Shown here one piece after another: positions 33,758 to 46,956 of a stretch of DNA of 64,000 bases (within the stretch, counting starts at the first letter, position 1; every line of letters begins with the position of its first letter). The position numbers and the translations under genes were made by a program. Below the pieces are notes generated by a model that saw nothing but the letters and a program-made list of their open reading frames with translations, was not told the DNA's origin and searched no databases. Origin of the DNA: Sarea resinae (taxonomy: Eukaryota); NCBI GenBank assembly GCA_026026165.1, contig JAPEUD010000027.1:62001-126000 (forward strand). Reading direction: 5' to 3'.

Positions 33758-35355
33758 GGTGAATATCTATTGCTCTGTCCTAGTCACCATCAGTGAAGCG
33801 GTATTGTAGGTGGAGACTCGATGCTATGAGACGGCCTGCCGTAAGAGCTGCTGAGCCTCCAAGGAGGCGGAACCTCTTTCGACTCAATGCGAGAGGCACA
33901 ATGGACCAAGAGGAAGGCCAACCGGAAGCAGATTGAAGATGAGAACGCGCTTGAGGCCGGCGGGGATCTCTTGTCGTTGTGCTCTGAACGATGAGGCCAG
34001 GCCACAATAATGAAAGCGTGCTGTTAGGGGGGCTTCGCTTGTCTGGTTGCTGGGGACAGAGCTACAGAAGTATTCGTACCTGGAGGTCGAGTAAGCCAAT
34101 AGTACCTTACCTTAGGATAGGTAGGTAGGTATTGTGGTGATGTTGGTAGCTGAACGTCGCCTTGGTCCACGATCGAAACCTGGAGATAGTGATGCCTGGC
34201 GTCAGAGAGTATGTTCAGATGTGAGACAAAATCTGCTCTGAGGATAGGATTCGGTTCATGAGCCCATACATGAGTTGACCGATGGATTGAGTATCTCAGA
34301 GATATGGATTGCCTTTACCTTCACCCTTCCCAGATTGTTGGCTGTGTACCTCGCACCTGTTTGGGCTGAGTGCGGGTGGTGACATTGGGTACCTCTCTAA
34401 GGTATTTTGGGCTTGAGAGAGGGCCGAAGGCAACGTGAAAGGTAGTACTAGAGTGTCAAGTATCGCAAGCTGAAGCTGCTTGTCGAGGTTTACGTACGTA
34501 TCCAAGAGGAAACAATACTTGAATTCGAAGTAGCTTGTCGTAGTCCAAGCGACCGAGCTGGATGCTGAGGTACTTTGCCTTCATACTAACAGCAGGTATA
34601 CATACCATAGTAGTAGCATGCGGGGCGCTGTGTTCCCATCCAATGGCATCAGTTTTGGCTATGCGGGACCTGGTAGAGTATTGAAATATCACGGTTGGGG
34701 AGCATCCACGAGCTCATACTATCACATTGATATCATCCATATGCATAAAATATTCACGTTAAGGATCGATGGGGAAAATAAGGACGTATAAGAAAGGTAC
34801 TGCCAAATGAAGCGCAAGGCGTCGTCCCTTCGAGTGAACTTAGCATTCGTACGAGGTATACTACGTATATCGCGAAAGGTCAGATAAGGGAAGGTGAGGT
34901 AGCTAAGGTAAGGTACCTATGGATTGGAAGACTTACTCCGGAGAACTCTACCGTGCAAAGTACGAAGTACCTGCCATTCGAACTCCAAGCTTTCTCCTCT
35001 CCGAATCTGCGAGATTCTCGAGCCATTTGCTACGACGGTTCACTAATGCCCAGAGTTGTAATAATCTCAACCATCCATGAATTATACGCCCTAGCCTCTG
35101 AACAAAAAGCTCTCTAGGATAACATTTGGATCTTCAATGGAAGCACTGATAGCTTCTTGTGTCGTGGCTACGGTCTATCAAACCTGTGACGGCTTTGCTA
35201 TGGACGATTCTCCAAGATAGTATCTGTCAATTTATGGACCGCACAGATCCTTCTCTTTGGAGGTTTGACTAGGGACAGTAGATGTCTCACATACCATAAG
35301 TCATAAAGCACCGACGCGATTGAACGATCAAATGCATCGTGCCCTATCGAGTGCA

Positions 35356-37580
35356 ATGGCGACGGCGGATCTCCTTCGGCAAAATCGACAGCAAGATGCG
35401 CAAGTACGAACTTACGCGCATATGACACCTTGGCTCGCAATTCAAGACCTTGAAATAGTGAGCGTGGAGCATCCGTGTGCTATTACAAACATTGACAGAG
35501 CTGTCAAATCCTTAGGTGGAGACTCTGCCATCACAAAGGTACGGAGGAATCCCTCTATCTCCGTATCCGAGTGCTACATCACCTTCTAATGCAAGAGCAG
35601 CTCGTCGTGTCGAAAGAGGATGATAGCGCTTTAGGTCTATATGTACGTCCCGATGATCCACTGTGTAGGCGTATCCTGTCAACCGAGTCAAAAACTAGCA
35701 ACATACTACTGAAGGTTGTTGTGCCAAAGACCACGGGGCGAAAGCGTAAGAGGGGTTCCCAAGGGCCTTTTGAGGAAGAACCTCGTGATGTTGAAGTGCA
35801 TGTGGATGCAGATGAGCCTTTGCAGCATCGGAGCAAGAGAGGGCCATCTTCCTCTTGCTCTGCTGGAGCTATAGATTCAGCGAAACTTATGCGGATGTTG
35901 CGTGATAATGAAGAGAAGTTCAGTATTGTCCCTGTGGGAGTCATTGATCGAACTCGGCGTTTTCGAAGTAAGTGGCCGTGACAGTGCGGTGACTACTCAT
36001 AGAAGGCTAACACTTGCAGGCATGCCGGACTTCCAGTATTCAGCCACCGGAAGCCCCTTCATGAGCCAGATGAGGGATAAGATTCTCTCTTTCGATTGTG
36101 AGTACAAATCATCCGCAGTTGATCATCCTGATTTCTTAGAGTCTTAATTGAAGCAGATCTTCAAATGAAGAAATTCGTCCTGGATCCCAGCAAAGGGACC
36201 AAAATCGGCGCTGAAATCATCCCTCCCCCAAACCTTAGCCACATCTCTGTTCCCTTCAATTACTCGTAGGTCTTCCTCCAAACTCATCCGCGCAAACGAT
36301 CTTTATTCTGACCACACTCTCCAAGTTATCGCCAAAATCCCGCCGTGAAATTAGTAGTAGACGAATACGGTGGCCGCAGAACCATCAACACCCAATCGGC
36401 GACGAAAGTCTTGACTAGTCTAGTTGTCTATGATGTGGCCACTGTGCCGAGCTCGCTCCCAGAAGGGCTGCCGCCAATAGAGTCGTTGGAACCAGGTATT
36501 CAGCAAGCAATTCATGAACTTAGAGCACTTCTCGAAGATCGTCCGATATGGAGTCGCCGCGCTCTCCTGAATAATATCGGCAGTGAGCCACAAGGATACG
36601 CCCTCAAGACTGCTTTGCAGTACGTTGGCTATATGTTCCGTTCTGGTCCGTGGAGGGATTCGATTGTAAGATTCGGGACGGACCCAAGGTCGGATCCAAA
36701 ATACCGTGTTTATCAGACACTCATGTTCCAACTACCCACAAGAGATGGCGATGTAGGGGAAAGGAGATGGCAGGACGAGAGGACAAAATATCATCGCTTA
36801 ACGAAAGGAAAGGAGCAAGACAAATCGAGCCACCTCTTTGATGGCCGCAACTTGACACCTGATGGCAAAGTCTGGCAGGTTTGTGACATAACCGACCCTT
36901 TGCTAAGAAAGCTTCTTGATACAGAAGACATAAGAATAGAATGCGAGGTGAGTATGCAAATCTCAATGTAAGCATGCTTCGCTAATATTACAAAGAAGGG
37001 AGATGGATGGTATCACAACGGCACGTGGGCCAAAGTGAAGGTCATCATGAAAGCCAAGATCAAATCAATCATTGAAGGGGCTCCAATGTCCGACACAGAT
37101 TTCTCTAAAATCATGGAATTACCTAATATCATCGACAATTCTACGCGGGAACAGGCCGTCATGGAAAAAGGAAAGGTCTCGGCAAAAGAGACGCAATGGG
37201 CGAGTGAATTCCGAATGATTGCCAACCCTTCTGCCCCGCGGGAAGCAGCTGCAACTGTGGCACAAGACAATATAGCTTCCAGTGGTGGGGACTATAAAGC
37301 TGGGAAGCAGAAACCTGGTTCTACTGCTGCCCAGGACCGCAGTATTGATGCTCGTGTGGCAGAAATGATGCTTGAGCTTGGACGGAGTGGACCATCTGTC
37401 ACAAATCATTCACCGATAGCGGAGGATGATGATAATGAAGGAGATGGGTTCTATGAATTCGAGGAAGATGGAGACGACGGCGAAAGCGAAGAGCCCGTTG
37501 AAAGTGATGGGGAAGAGGATGAAGGTGAAGGCGAAAATGAGCGAACGAACGTACATAGACCTAAGCAGGACGAGAAATAA
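35356..37580 (+). CDS. TFC1: RNA polymerase III transcription factor TFIIIC tau95/GTF3C5 subunit (multi-exon)
   Basis: 'VSVEHP..I.N.DRA..SLGG', 'FR|MPDFQY', 'L.EDRPIWSRRAL', 'YMFRSGPWRD..VRFG.DPR.DP.YR.YQT', 'WQVCDITDP', acidic tail. Confidence 0.9.
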
Positions 37581-39297
37581 ACCACTTGGTACCATAATTG
37601 AAGTAGCAAGAGGCACTTTGGAAGAGACTCGAGTCGTGAATATACCCTAATCGAAGTTTGAATACAATTGTTTTGCCAGATCTTCTGACAGTCGCATCAA
37701 GTCTAATAGTACATAGTAAGTCGGAAGGGGTATTAGTCGTTCTCGGACTCTCCTCTATTACCATACTTGCACAATAAATGCGGCTCAAACCATCGCTATA
37801 GAGCCGGCCACTAGTAGTTCGGCTTCGAATATACTTATTATGCTTGATTCTATCACATTGATCGTCGGAGCTGATCTGCTGTAGCTTGTTGAGAAGATGG
37901 TCGCTGTTGCCTCCCTGCGGTTCTTCAGGGCGTGATTGGTGACGTTTGAGTTAGAGGGGTTGAGAGGGTCTCATGGATTGGCGTTTTCTGCTTTGAAAGC
38001 TAGATCTGCAATTCAGGCCATTTATGTGCTCTTTGGGCTGTAGATGGCGACGGCACGCGCGCGTCTTCTCATGCTTAGTACATAGGTAGGTGGCGAGACT
38101 GCGCTGATACCCGTACCTGCGATAGACTTCGGCTGTTGACGATAGTCGGCCAAGTCTTTCAAGTGATTCAAAATTCGCTTTTTTGCCGAGCTCTTCTTGC
38201 TCATCACGCTCTTGAAGCTTGAGAGAGCCTGCGCAATTTCTACTATGTAGTTGTCGGTGGCTAGTAGAGTTAAGCGCTCTCTAGTGGAAGGCTTCTGGAG
38301 GAACATGAGCATGCATATCTCGAGTGTGGGACGCTAAGATTAGATAGCAGCGGAGATACAGGGGGGACCAGGTATATATTAGAAAGACCAGAGCTCACCA
38401 CCATCATTACCTTACCGTTGTTATTGCTCATTGTGAATGTTTTCTCGTGTACCATGGTGAAATGTCCGAGGATTTATCCCGCTGACTTGAAGTGCGCGCC
38501 CAATTTTTGGGGGGATTAAGACCGACGTATCTAGCTACTTGGAAAGAGTTGCTGCGTAAGGCTTTGACATCTCTCAATGGGTGATTGGTGCCTCAAAAAC
38601 CCTGGCTAAGTGGACTGATTCTGGGTCTCTACCCACCTACTCCGAGTACCTACTCTACAGTGGAATGATGGGAAACGGTGGATGGGGCTATTAGACCGCG
38701 GATTCGGACATCGGACTCGGGCTTCCAGGCCTCGTAAACGCGAGCACTTGCATCGGAGGAAGTGTGGTATGAAGTAACTTGTTGGATGGAAGCTTGGTAA
38801 TACGATACTGCGTGAGTTCAGAAGCTTCTGGGATGGAAGTCTCCCTGGAGAGCTCACCTCTGGTCTAACAATGCGGGGTAGCTTCACTCTCTTAACGCGG
38901 GCCAGAGAAATGAGTGCATGTGGCTGCCCGGCTGCTTACCTACCTTCCGTTACCATAGGTACTGACATCAGCATTGCTCCCAAATTAGGCGGCCAGTATG
39001 TAGGAGTAGCTACAGTACTGTCCGATGATTACCATTCGAGGGTACGCGGGACGATCGACGATGCTTCATGTCACGAGTAGTGAAAATGCTGGAAGGCTGC
39101 TAGACTCTAGCCGCCATATCTCCGGCCCTTGACCGCGAGCTGTGTGCTCAGATGCTCATTTTCACCAGCATCATCGAATCCCGCTGAGTACGACCACAAT
39201 AGCAGCAGCAAGCTTGTTGGTTTTTGCTTCTATGAAACCATCGACAGTCTCATGCTCATTATCTCTTACTCATCGGATACACCAAGGGAGCTTCAGA

Positions 39298-41083
39298 ATG
39301 GATACGACTATACCTACGGCTTCTAAGATTCATCTTGGTCCTACACATCGTGGTGTTTTCCATGTCCCTAAGGTGAACTCCGAGGCGGCTATCAAGGCGT
39401 CGGAATTGCTGCAGGAGAACCATGAGACGCACCATATCTTTTTCAATAATCAGTTGTTGCATGTAGGTGCCATCCCAATCTTTCTAAGGGTTTGTGATAC
39501 TTGAAAGAAGCCTTTGAAGTCGAAAGTGAGGAAACGTGGACGGGGCTCTTGCGCTGTATATTTCCCCCATCCTTGAATATGGCTAGGCCAGTTAGATGCT
39601 GTGCTTGTGGTTCTTTACCTTCACGTCATATTTCGCAAGCCTGGTGGGCTTTTGATTTCCTGTCAATCGGCTAGGGTTTGCCTCTTGTCTCAATGTCTAA
39701 AACCCCTATCTGATCGGTGTCGAATATCTGACAGAACCACATCGTTCATCATATATTAACCATTTACGCGCTCGGCGCTTCTCCTTCCGTGCTTCAGCAT
39801 GCGTATGACCTGAACAAGACATATCAACGTCCAATGGTCCCCTTGAATGAAACCGTGGTGCATGACCTGCAAGATCCCTCAAGGTTCAAAAAATCTCTCG
39901 GTGAGGAGGTGAATTATCAAAATTATCTTCGGCTTTTCCAATCCGAGATAGATCAGAAGGGATGGCAACTAGTATTGAATGAGTACCTGTTCAAAGGCGA
40001 TGAGGCGGCAGACGATTTGTTAATCAGGTCGTTCGCAGGTCTGCCGTCTAGGAACCAATGGCATTTGAGCAGACCGCTGACCTTTGTCTAGGATTCTTTC
40101 ATCCTATCATACATCTTGGCTTTGGAGTCGAATTCGAGCAGCCAGCTATCATTGCAGAAGCTCTGGCACAGACGGCTGTCCACGACACCTGGCCTTCACT
40201 GCTTCTACAAGGTGCCGAGAGAGCAGCGGGGGATCGAAACGGCAAGCCAGGGTCGAAATCGCTCGTGCAACTACTGGATGAGGTACGCGCGGATCCCAAA
40301 CTGAGCACGTCTGCGCACTGGAGTGATGGTCATAAGATCAGGAACGGGATTTACGAGAGGGCTCCGAAGCAGATGATCCAGTATGCCAGCCAATGGACTG
40401 TAGGGCCCGAGCAATTGGAGGAAAAGACCGCGGAAATGCTCAATGCCGCAGGTATGTAAATACTCAACGCTGATATTAAAATAGTCATGTTAATCAATCA
40501 TTAGTCTATTCCGCAGGTGGCGCTCAACATCCCCCCAAACAGGTGAAATTTGATTTTTTACTCATTCACGACGTCAATTGTTCGATATTTTTCTCGGCTT
40601 TCCTCAAGCAAGCGTGGCTTAGCCCCCAGGTTAAAGCCCGTCTTCTAGAATGGAAGGGCCGTATGGATCTGGCTATGTACGTCTCTCGCGGTTCACCTAA
40701 GCTTCTCCTGGAGGAGATCAAGAATTACCAACCCAAGGAGAAACCAAACCTTGCCGGAGATTCATGGGGTGGAATTTTCGGCAGAGCAAGCGCCTTCGAG
40801 GATGACGGTCATACGAGCAAACTGGTCCGGACACTGGCTCATGGAGAAGAAATATGCAGACCTTTCGAAAGCTTGGGAAGCTTTCGAGTTAAGGGCGATA
40901 TGTGGCTGAAATTGGGGAATATGGGTATGATCGACCTATGATGTTCTATGATCAATGGCCCCCATAGCTGACAATCCAACAGCTATTGACTCGGTCGAAG
41001 ATTGCGGAGATCAGTGGGTCCGTTCGGCTGGCTTTGATGAAGCGTGGGAGAAATTTGAGGATAGGCCGCGAGCACAGCTTTGA
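39298..41083 (+). CDS. Questin oxidase / HypA / AflY-like oxidoreductase (multi-exon)
   Basis: 'LLQENHETHHIFFN..LH|NHIVHHILTIYALGAS', 'HPIIHLGFGVEFEQPAIIAEALAQTAVH', 'KFDFLLIHDVN', 'DDGH.SKLVR', 'WVRSAGF'. Ends ...RAQL*. The start could lie further upstream. Confidence 0.88.
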
Positions 41084-41950
41084 TCATTCTATGAAATCTG
41101 GCCTGAAAGCCCTCTGAAGCATAATTTAAGTTCGCGCTTCTACTATGCGTTTCGATCTATGAGATCAATTTACGGCATTGCTTCTCAACAATATCTCAAT
41201 ATTTTCCCAACCTCTCCCGTGTCCATTGACCTATATAGCACGTCACCTGGGCTTTCGCCAATTTCAACTCCAAATCCTTTCTCCTGTCCGTTCTGAATCC
41301 ATACCAGTTGACATTAGAAACAAACTTGCAGTGATTAGGCTCGTGCGCTTGTTGCCAACCCTAGATGCGTGTTTCTTCATAGTCTTGTTGGCAAGATCTG
41401 CAGCCAGCTAAAAGGGCCTTTTTTAGCTTCTGTTATGTTTCTGGTCCAAGGGCGACTTGACGGCTGATTTGAGTATGGCCAGTTGAGATAGTAGAGCTGG
41501 GCTGCTGTTAAAGGTGAGATGAAGGTGATGAATTAGTTGCGTGGCGGGGAAGCGCGGGGCTTGGGTTGAGGAAGGAAATTCAAGTTGGGGACGGCCTGTT
41601 GTCGTACTAGGTTTGAAAGTATACTACTATGAGTAGTTTTACACTAAACACGAGGAGTGAGTGGCTGGTGACAATTGAGGGGTTCCGGGTTCTGCTGCGC
41701 AGTGCTTTCGTACGTTTCGAGTATTAATAGTGCAGGTCGCCACGGAATCTCCCGTCGCAGTGTGTCGAGATCCTAAGTAATGAGGCGCTATCTGCTCCGT
41801 AGCTCTCCGTCTATCTCAACACGTTATGTCACTTACCTACGGCATGTATGAGTAGTTGTATGGTTGTCCAACCTCCATCATCACAACATCATTATAACAT
41901 ACATCTAGCACCTGCTTACGCGTACTACGATTTCTATCAAAGAGTTCACG

Positions 41951-43204
41951 ATGGGATCCTCGAAGGGCGATGATGACCGCAAATCGACTCAAAACGACGA
42001 GAATCCCTTTATCGCTTTCAGGCGATATGCGGACGTACAGGTGTCGCAGTTCCTACAAAGCGTCGTCGGCCTACCGTCGACTTTTACCGCCCCACTCTCA
42101 CAATGGCCTCCTTCACAGAATTCTAGACAGCGCCACGAGGAGGAATCTAAGGAGGGTTTGGGGAATGTAGCAAAGTCCGAGGCTTCGGATGACAGGAAAG
42201 CGCGGGAAGAGAGAGAATCCGGGGAGGCGGTCAATCTGCCTGTCAAGAAATTTACCGGTAACCCAGAAACAAGCGCTTCGAATCAAGGTTCCGGATATCA
42301 AAGCTCCGAGATGGGCTTTTTCCAACCAGATTTGGTTCAGTCATCAGATCTGGTTCAATCATTTTTATACAATACCCCGTCGGTCTTCCGGATCATGTTC
42401 GGCGACAATAGTTCGTACTACTTCAAAAACATCATTCTCCCGGAAATGGCAGCAGCCATGCAGCTACCGTACCCCATCGGATATATGCTATTCAGCCCTT
42501 ATTCTCCTGTCTATCTGGAACGAGACGAACGATTGCGGCACGAAGCGGGCAAGTGGCGGGCAGCGTTTGAGGACCTCATGATTGCCCAAGAGGGACAGCC
42601 TATCCCTGAACGGAAGGCCTTTTCCTGCGGCACAGATGGTGGAGAGTGGATTACGGAGTTGCTGAATCGCGGAATGCTCGGGGGCTGGGAGCGACTTGGA
42701 CAAACTTTGTTCGACCGACACATTCAGGAGAACCCCTCTATCATGCAGGCCTTGGATCAACTTCGAAGAGAAGTGCTTGGAGAAAATGAACGAGATGAAT
42801 CCTATGATACTGAAATGGATCTATACGAGCGCTTCCTGGGCTCGCAGTACGCTCCACCCTCATCTTCGCAAGAGACACGGACCGTGTCATCTTCGTCTAC
42901 TAGTTCGACTTCGTCCAGCGCATCTACCAACCAATACTCATCTCCGGGCGGCTCGCTCGGTATAGTCTCCACTCTTACAACGACCGAGCGAACCACTATG
43001 CCCGACGGTAGCGTTCAGACGAAAGTTGTGCTCAAGAAACGATTCGCCGATGGTAGGGAGGAGAGCAGCGAGACAATTCACAGGGCTCACGGTATGCAGG
43101 ATACACATAAGGTAGATTCGATGACTACCACTGGTGAGGGCAGAGAGGAGGCCTCGAAAGAGGAAGGGGCCAAGAATCAGAAGAAGGGCTGGTTTTGGTC
43201 CTGA
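41951..43204 (+). CDS. Hypothetical protein of filamentous-ascomycete type (417 aa, single exon)
   Basis: Long ORF with 'NPFIAFRR.AD', 'SPYSP..LE', 'WR.AFEDL', 'TEMDLYE', 'STLTTTERTT.PDGSV.TKVVLKKRFADGREES.E', ending KKGWFWS. Confidence 0.85.
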   Translation: MGSSKGDDDRKSTQNDENPFIAFRRYADVQVSQFLQSVVGLPSTFTAPLSQWPPSQNSRQRHEEESKEGLGNVAKSEASDDRKAREERESGEAVNLPVKKFTGNPETSASNQGSGYQSSEMGFFQPDLVQSSDLVQSFLYNTPSVFRIMFGDNSSYYFKNIILPEMAAAMQLPYPIGYMLFSPYSPVYLERDERLRHEAGKWRAAFEDLMIAQEGQPIPERKAFSCGTDGGEWITELLNRGMLGGWERLGQTLFDRHIQENPSIMQALDQLRREVLGENERDESYDTEMDLYERFLGSQYAPPSSSQETRTVSSSSTSSTSSSASTNQYSSPGGSLGIVSTLTTTERTTMPDGSVQTKVVLKKRFADGREESSETIHRAHGMQDTHKVDSMTTTGEGREEASKEEGAKNQKKGWFWS

Positions 43205-43735
43205 TTGGAGCGTCGATCTTCATCAAAGGGTACTGGTGTTCAGGGGGCATCAAGGTCTTACTCTGACTCGGTCGTTTGTCTCAATGGCCATTTTCAAATG
43301 GATTTCAGGTGATCAGTGTTTTTAGTACAGACCAATCCAATATCGCGCATTATTGCGGCACACACCATGGCGAGCGTGTTATGATCTTTTCTTGTATGTT
43401 ACGGATGTAAGGGCTATGGCCGCTGTCCAGGATTTCCGCACTAAGATTGCCTATACATTCATCGTAGGCAATGGGGATATTCACAGAAAGCATCCTATTG
43501 TCATCTGTCTCTCGGCATCAATAGATCTCAAGAAGTACATAGCAAGGTAAGTAAGGTAATAGATACCCGATGTCGATCGATTCAATTCACTGCTATAAGA
43601 AAACATGACTCCTCCACACGATCTCTCAATTCTCTAGGTCTCGGTATCTCTTCGTCTCACATCATCACCTTACCAGACATCCCCATCTTAATTTCTCAAC
43701 CAGGGCTTCATCGGCATCGTTCTGACACTTTTAAC

Positions 43736-45091
43736 ATGGCGTGCCCCCTTAACCTCATCCTGAATCCGGAGCCGGAGCCGGAGCCAGAGCCAGAGCCGGA
43801 GCCCGACCAAGCTCCGTTCAGCTCAGCACAGAATCTGGCTACAGAAGATGGACAGAGCATATCACAGGAGCCTCTTACTCCAGCCGAAGGCATCGAATCT
43901 CAGTCAGCCCGAAAGAAAGCTCTCCCAACGTTCAACTTCACTCCTAATAAAGGAGCTCTCTATGAGCGTCGTTGGAATACTCTACAGGATCGCCTTCCAC
44001 ATCTGGCTTCTAAGAGACCGGGTGATGACATCGAAGATGACGCGGACAGGCCACCAGAGCATGAGATGGACTTTGACAAGTTCAACATCTTCAAGGCTCT
44101 ACAGTCTCACCCGGAACTCATGCTGACAATGGCTCGGCACTTGGATGTGGACGACCTTGTCTCGCTGTACGCCATTTCAAAGGACTTCCATATGTTGGTT
44201 AATTCACGTCTCACGGCCGTCATCCTGTCTCAGTCTTTAAGCAAAGGTCCCGAATCGTCTCGCACATTTCTCTTCAAGGTACACAAACGATTATGCATCA
44301 ACGACCCATTCGGCCGCCCAAATCCCGAGGAAGAAGGTGAAATACGCTTGGTGCCTAGCTTTCGCTGGCTGCGCATGGTACTATACCGTGAAAAGGTTGT
44401 TGATGAGATAATCATGTATTTGGCCGCTGAAGGGATACGTCTGCCTAGGCGTGCGAGTTTGGCGATAAAGAAGATTTGGTTCTTGATGGATATCCCAGTA
44501 AACGCAAGGCGTATTGGATTGATGCACAACAAGGAATTCTGGACAAATGACGACCTCTATTTCGCTACCATGTTCTTCATCAAATTAGATATGCGTTTCA
44601 ATGATCCTCTCGACAGTACCGGTGAAACGGAGGTTCGAAAAATGATGCTCGCGCAGAGGAGCCTAACGACGTTGTGGAAGACGCTCAAGAGGAAAGAAAT
44701 GTTGACGCAGTACGAGACGCTACAAATGTTTGTACGTTGGTCGTGGCAGCCTGCCCCTCAACATCGCGGCATGAGCATCTTTGGCGTACCAGCAAAGGAG
44801 ATCGGGAGATTGCAGTTAGAAGGGTGGGGAGCGGGGATGGCGAAACTATTGCGCCCAGACGAACTTGTGATGAGGGAAGGGATCAGACGGAGACTGGCCT
44901 TGGATGGGAGATATATGAATATGATGCTCTGGGGTTATGTGAATCTTGATACTCTCGAAGATGTGCCAGAGCCGGAACTCTTCGAAGGAGGGGACGATGT
45001 CAAGCTAGGGTTCGAGGATGGAAAAGGAGAAATTCTACCTGATCCTGGGCATTCGCCGAAGTGGGGAAATATGCCCCGCGATGGAACGTGA
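43736..45091 (+). CDS. Hypothetical protein with an F-box-like segment and an N-terminal (EP)n tract (451 aa)
   Basis: Long ORF. 'HPELML.MARHL.VDDLVSLYAISKDFH' resembles an F-box. Also 'FFIKLDMRFNDP' and 'L.RPDELVMRE..RR.L'. Confidence 0.8.
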   Translation: MACPLNLILNPEPEPEPEPEPEPDQAPFSSAQNLATEDGQSISQEPLTPAEGIESQSARKKALPTFNFTPNKGALYERRWNTLQDRLPHLASKRPGDDIEDDADRPPEHEMDFDKFNIFKALQSHPELMLTMARHLDVDDLVSLYAISKDFHMLVNSRLTAVILSQSLSKGPESSRTFLFKVHKRLCINDPFGRPNPEEEGEIRLVPSFRWLRMVLYREKVVDEIIMYLAAEGIRLPRRASLAIKKIWFLMDIPVNARRIGLMHNKEFWTNDDLYFATMFFIKLDMRFNDPLDSTGETEVRKMMLAQRSLTTLWKTLKRKEMLTQYETLQMFVRWSWQPAPQHRGMSIFGVPAKEIGRLQLEGWGAGMAKLLRPDELVMREGIRRRLALDGRYMNMMLWGYVNLDTLEDVPEPELFEGGDDVKLGFEDGKGEILPDPGHSPKWGNMPRDGT

Positions 45092-46956
45092 ACGTGAAGT
45101 CGGCGAGGGCTGTTTGGGAGATCGGGGACTGTATAATTTTAGAAATCACTCAAGACATTGTCCTCAAGCAGACTGCTCCAGAGTACTACGTAGACGGAGT
45201 ACTACGTACACACCTTAGTAGATGCTCCAGAGTAGAGGTATCCAAAGTACTCCGTAGTACGGAGTATTCCGGTATGCTTTAGGTTGGGAGTTCGGTATCC
45301 GAGTGCCAAGACTTCTTCTCAGTCACCATAGGTTAGCGAAGAGTGCGTGAGTGATCCCCGACCGGCCGACGACAAGCCAACAGTCAATCTCCCTCTAACG
45401 TGCAGTCAGTGCTCTCACCCACAGTACGGACCGTCTGAAGTCGAGTCTTCCCATAGAGTTTGTGATGAGAGCCAGTGGTAGGGTCTTCGGCAGATATTCG
45501 ACAAGTCAGCAAGGGAGCGTACACACATTACGCCACGGACGATGGTCGGTGAGCGAAATATGGGGCGTGTCGTTGCCTGGCGATGTACAAGCATGCTAGC
45601 AACTCCCCAACCGCCTCAAATTCAACAACGTCTGTAGGTCTGCAAGCTACGCAGGTCCGATGGCGCTTTCGTGGAAGGAGGATCTGATGCATCTGATACG
45701 AAGTGGTTGAAACGCGTTTGGAACCGGGACATTGATGGATCGATAATCGCCAAGAGCGGTTATCGTGACCCTCCTACAGCTAAATTACGCCCATCCTTCC
45801 AGCCCTCACGCTGTGGGTTACTTCCTCAGCAAGATGTCTAGAAACCACTGGACGATCGAATACTACCCGAATATCATCTAAGGTACTCAGGATATGCCAG
45901 ATAAAGACATATCTAGCCACAGCGCCTCCACCCACTCCGACCAGTACGATGAGTGGCAGCCAATGCGACATATGTACGAAGTTACTACGACAAATGATAC
46001 TTACGATATCTTCTTGGTTGAGACCATCTCCGCACCAATGTCGAACTCAACATTGATCGAATCAAAGGCCCAATCTGGACCTTACTTGGCCAGTTCGAAT
46101 ATTGCGAGCCTTTTACGGATCTTCCACGCTGCCATCTCCCGTCGACAGGTGACGAGTATCTGATGATGGGCCTTCAGCTTGTGGGACAAGCTTGGTGGTA
46201 CCCTGTCATGTACTGACGCACAGTCGTTCATCCTATGGATTTGGAGCCTCAAGTGGCTCTCGATGTATCCATTCTATCCATGAAGAGGCTCGTCAGAAAG
46301 TCGCGGCGGTTGGCTCTTGCTCGACGCTTTTTGAAATTGTCGCACCTCACACACCATATGCCTTTCGCTATCGCGGGTGTAGAGCAGGAGCTCGCTCTTC
46401 GCTCTAACAAGATGATACTTAGGCGCCCGTGCTAGACGTGAGGTGATTCTCGATTTCGATTTCTTGTCTTTCATTCAACTTTCAATGTCAGCGTCGTAGA
46501 TAGATTTTGGTGTGACACGTTGCCACGGATCACCATTAGAGCCTTTCCGTGGAGAGTGGGGATGAATGGGTGGATGGAGGATCGGTACCGGCTCGCCCCG
46601 CTGCTTTAACGATGTTCCGCTGGTCACGTTCTGCACCACTACCGCCCCATGAACCTCGTAAAGTCGAATAGGGTAGTGATATTTGCACCGGCTGTAATAG
46701 TGGTATCTCGCAGAGGAAACAGAAAGGAAAGGGAGAACAAGTAAAATCGGCTTGGCCTGTCTGAGGACTTATCCGGTTTTTTCGCGACGGGATCACGAAG
46801 GGTAAGTGCTCTTGAGATCTCCCTGTCGGATTCACAACTACTGCTTTCTCTCGCATGCTAACTCGCGACCTTCGCCAAAGCGGCTTGCCCCAAAAGCTGA
46901 CTGACGAGACGGCCAACTGATCTAATCAAATTATCACAGATGCCTGCGATGCCTAC

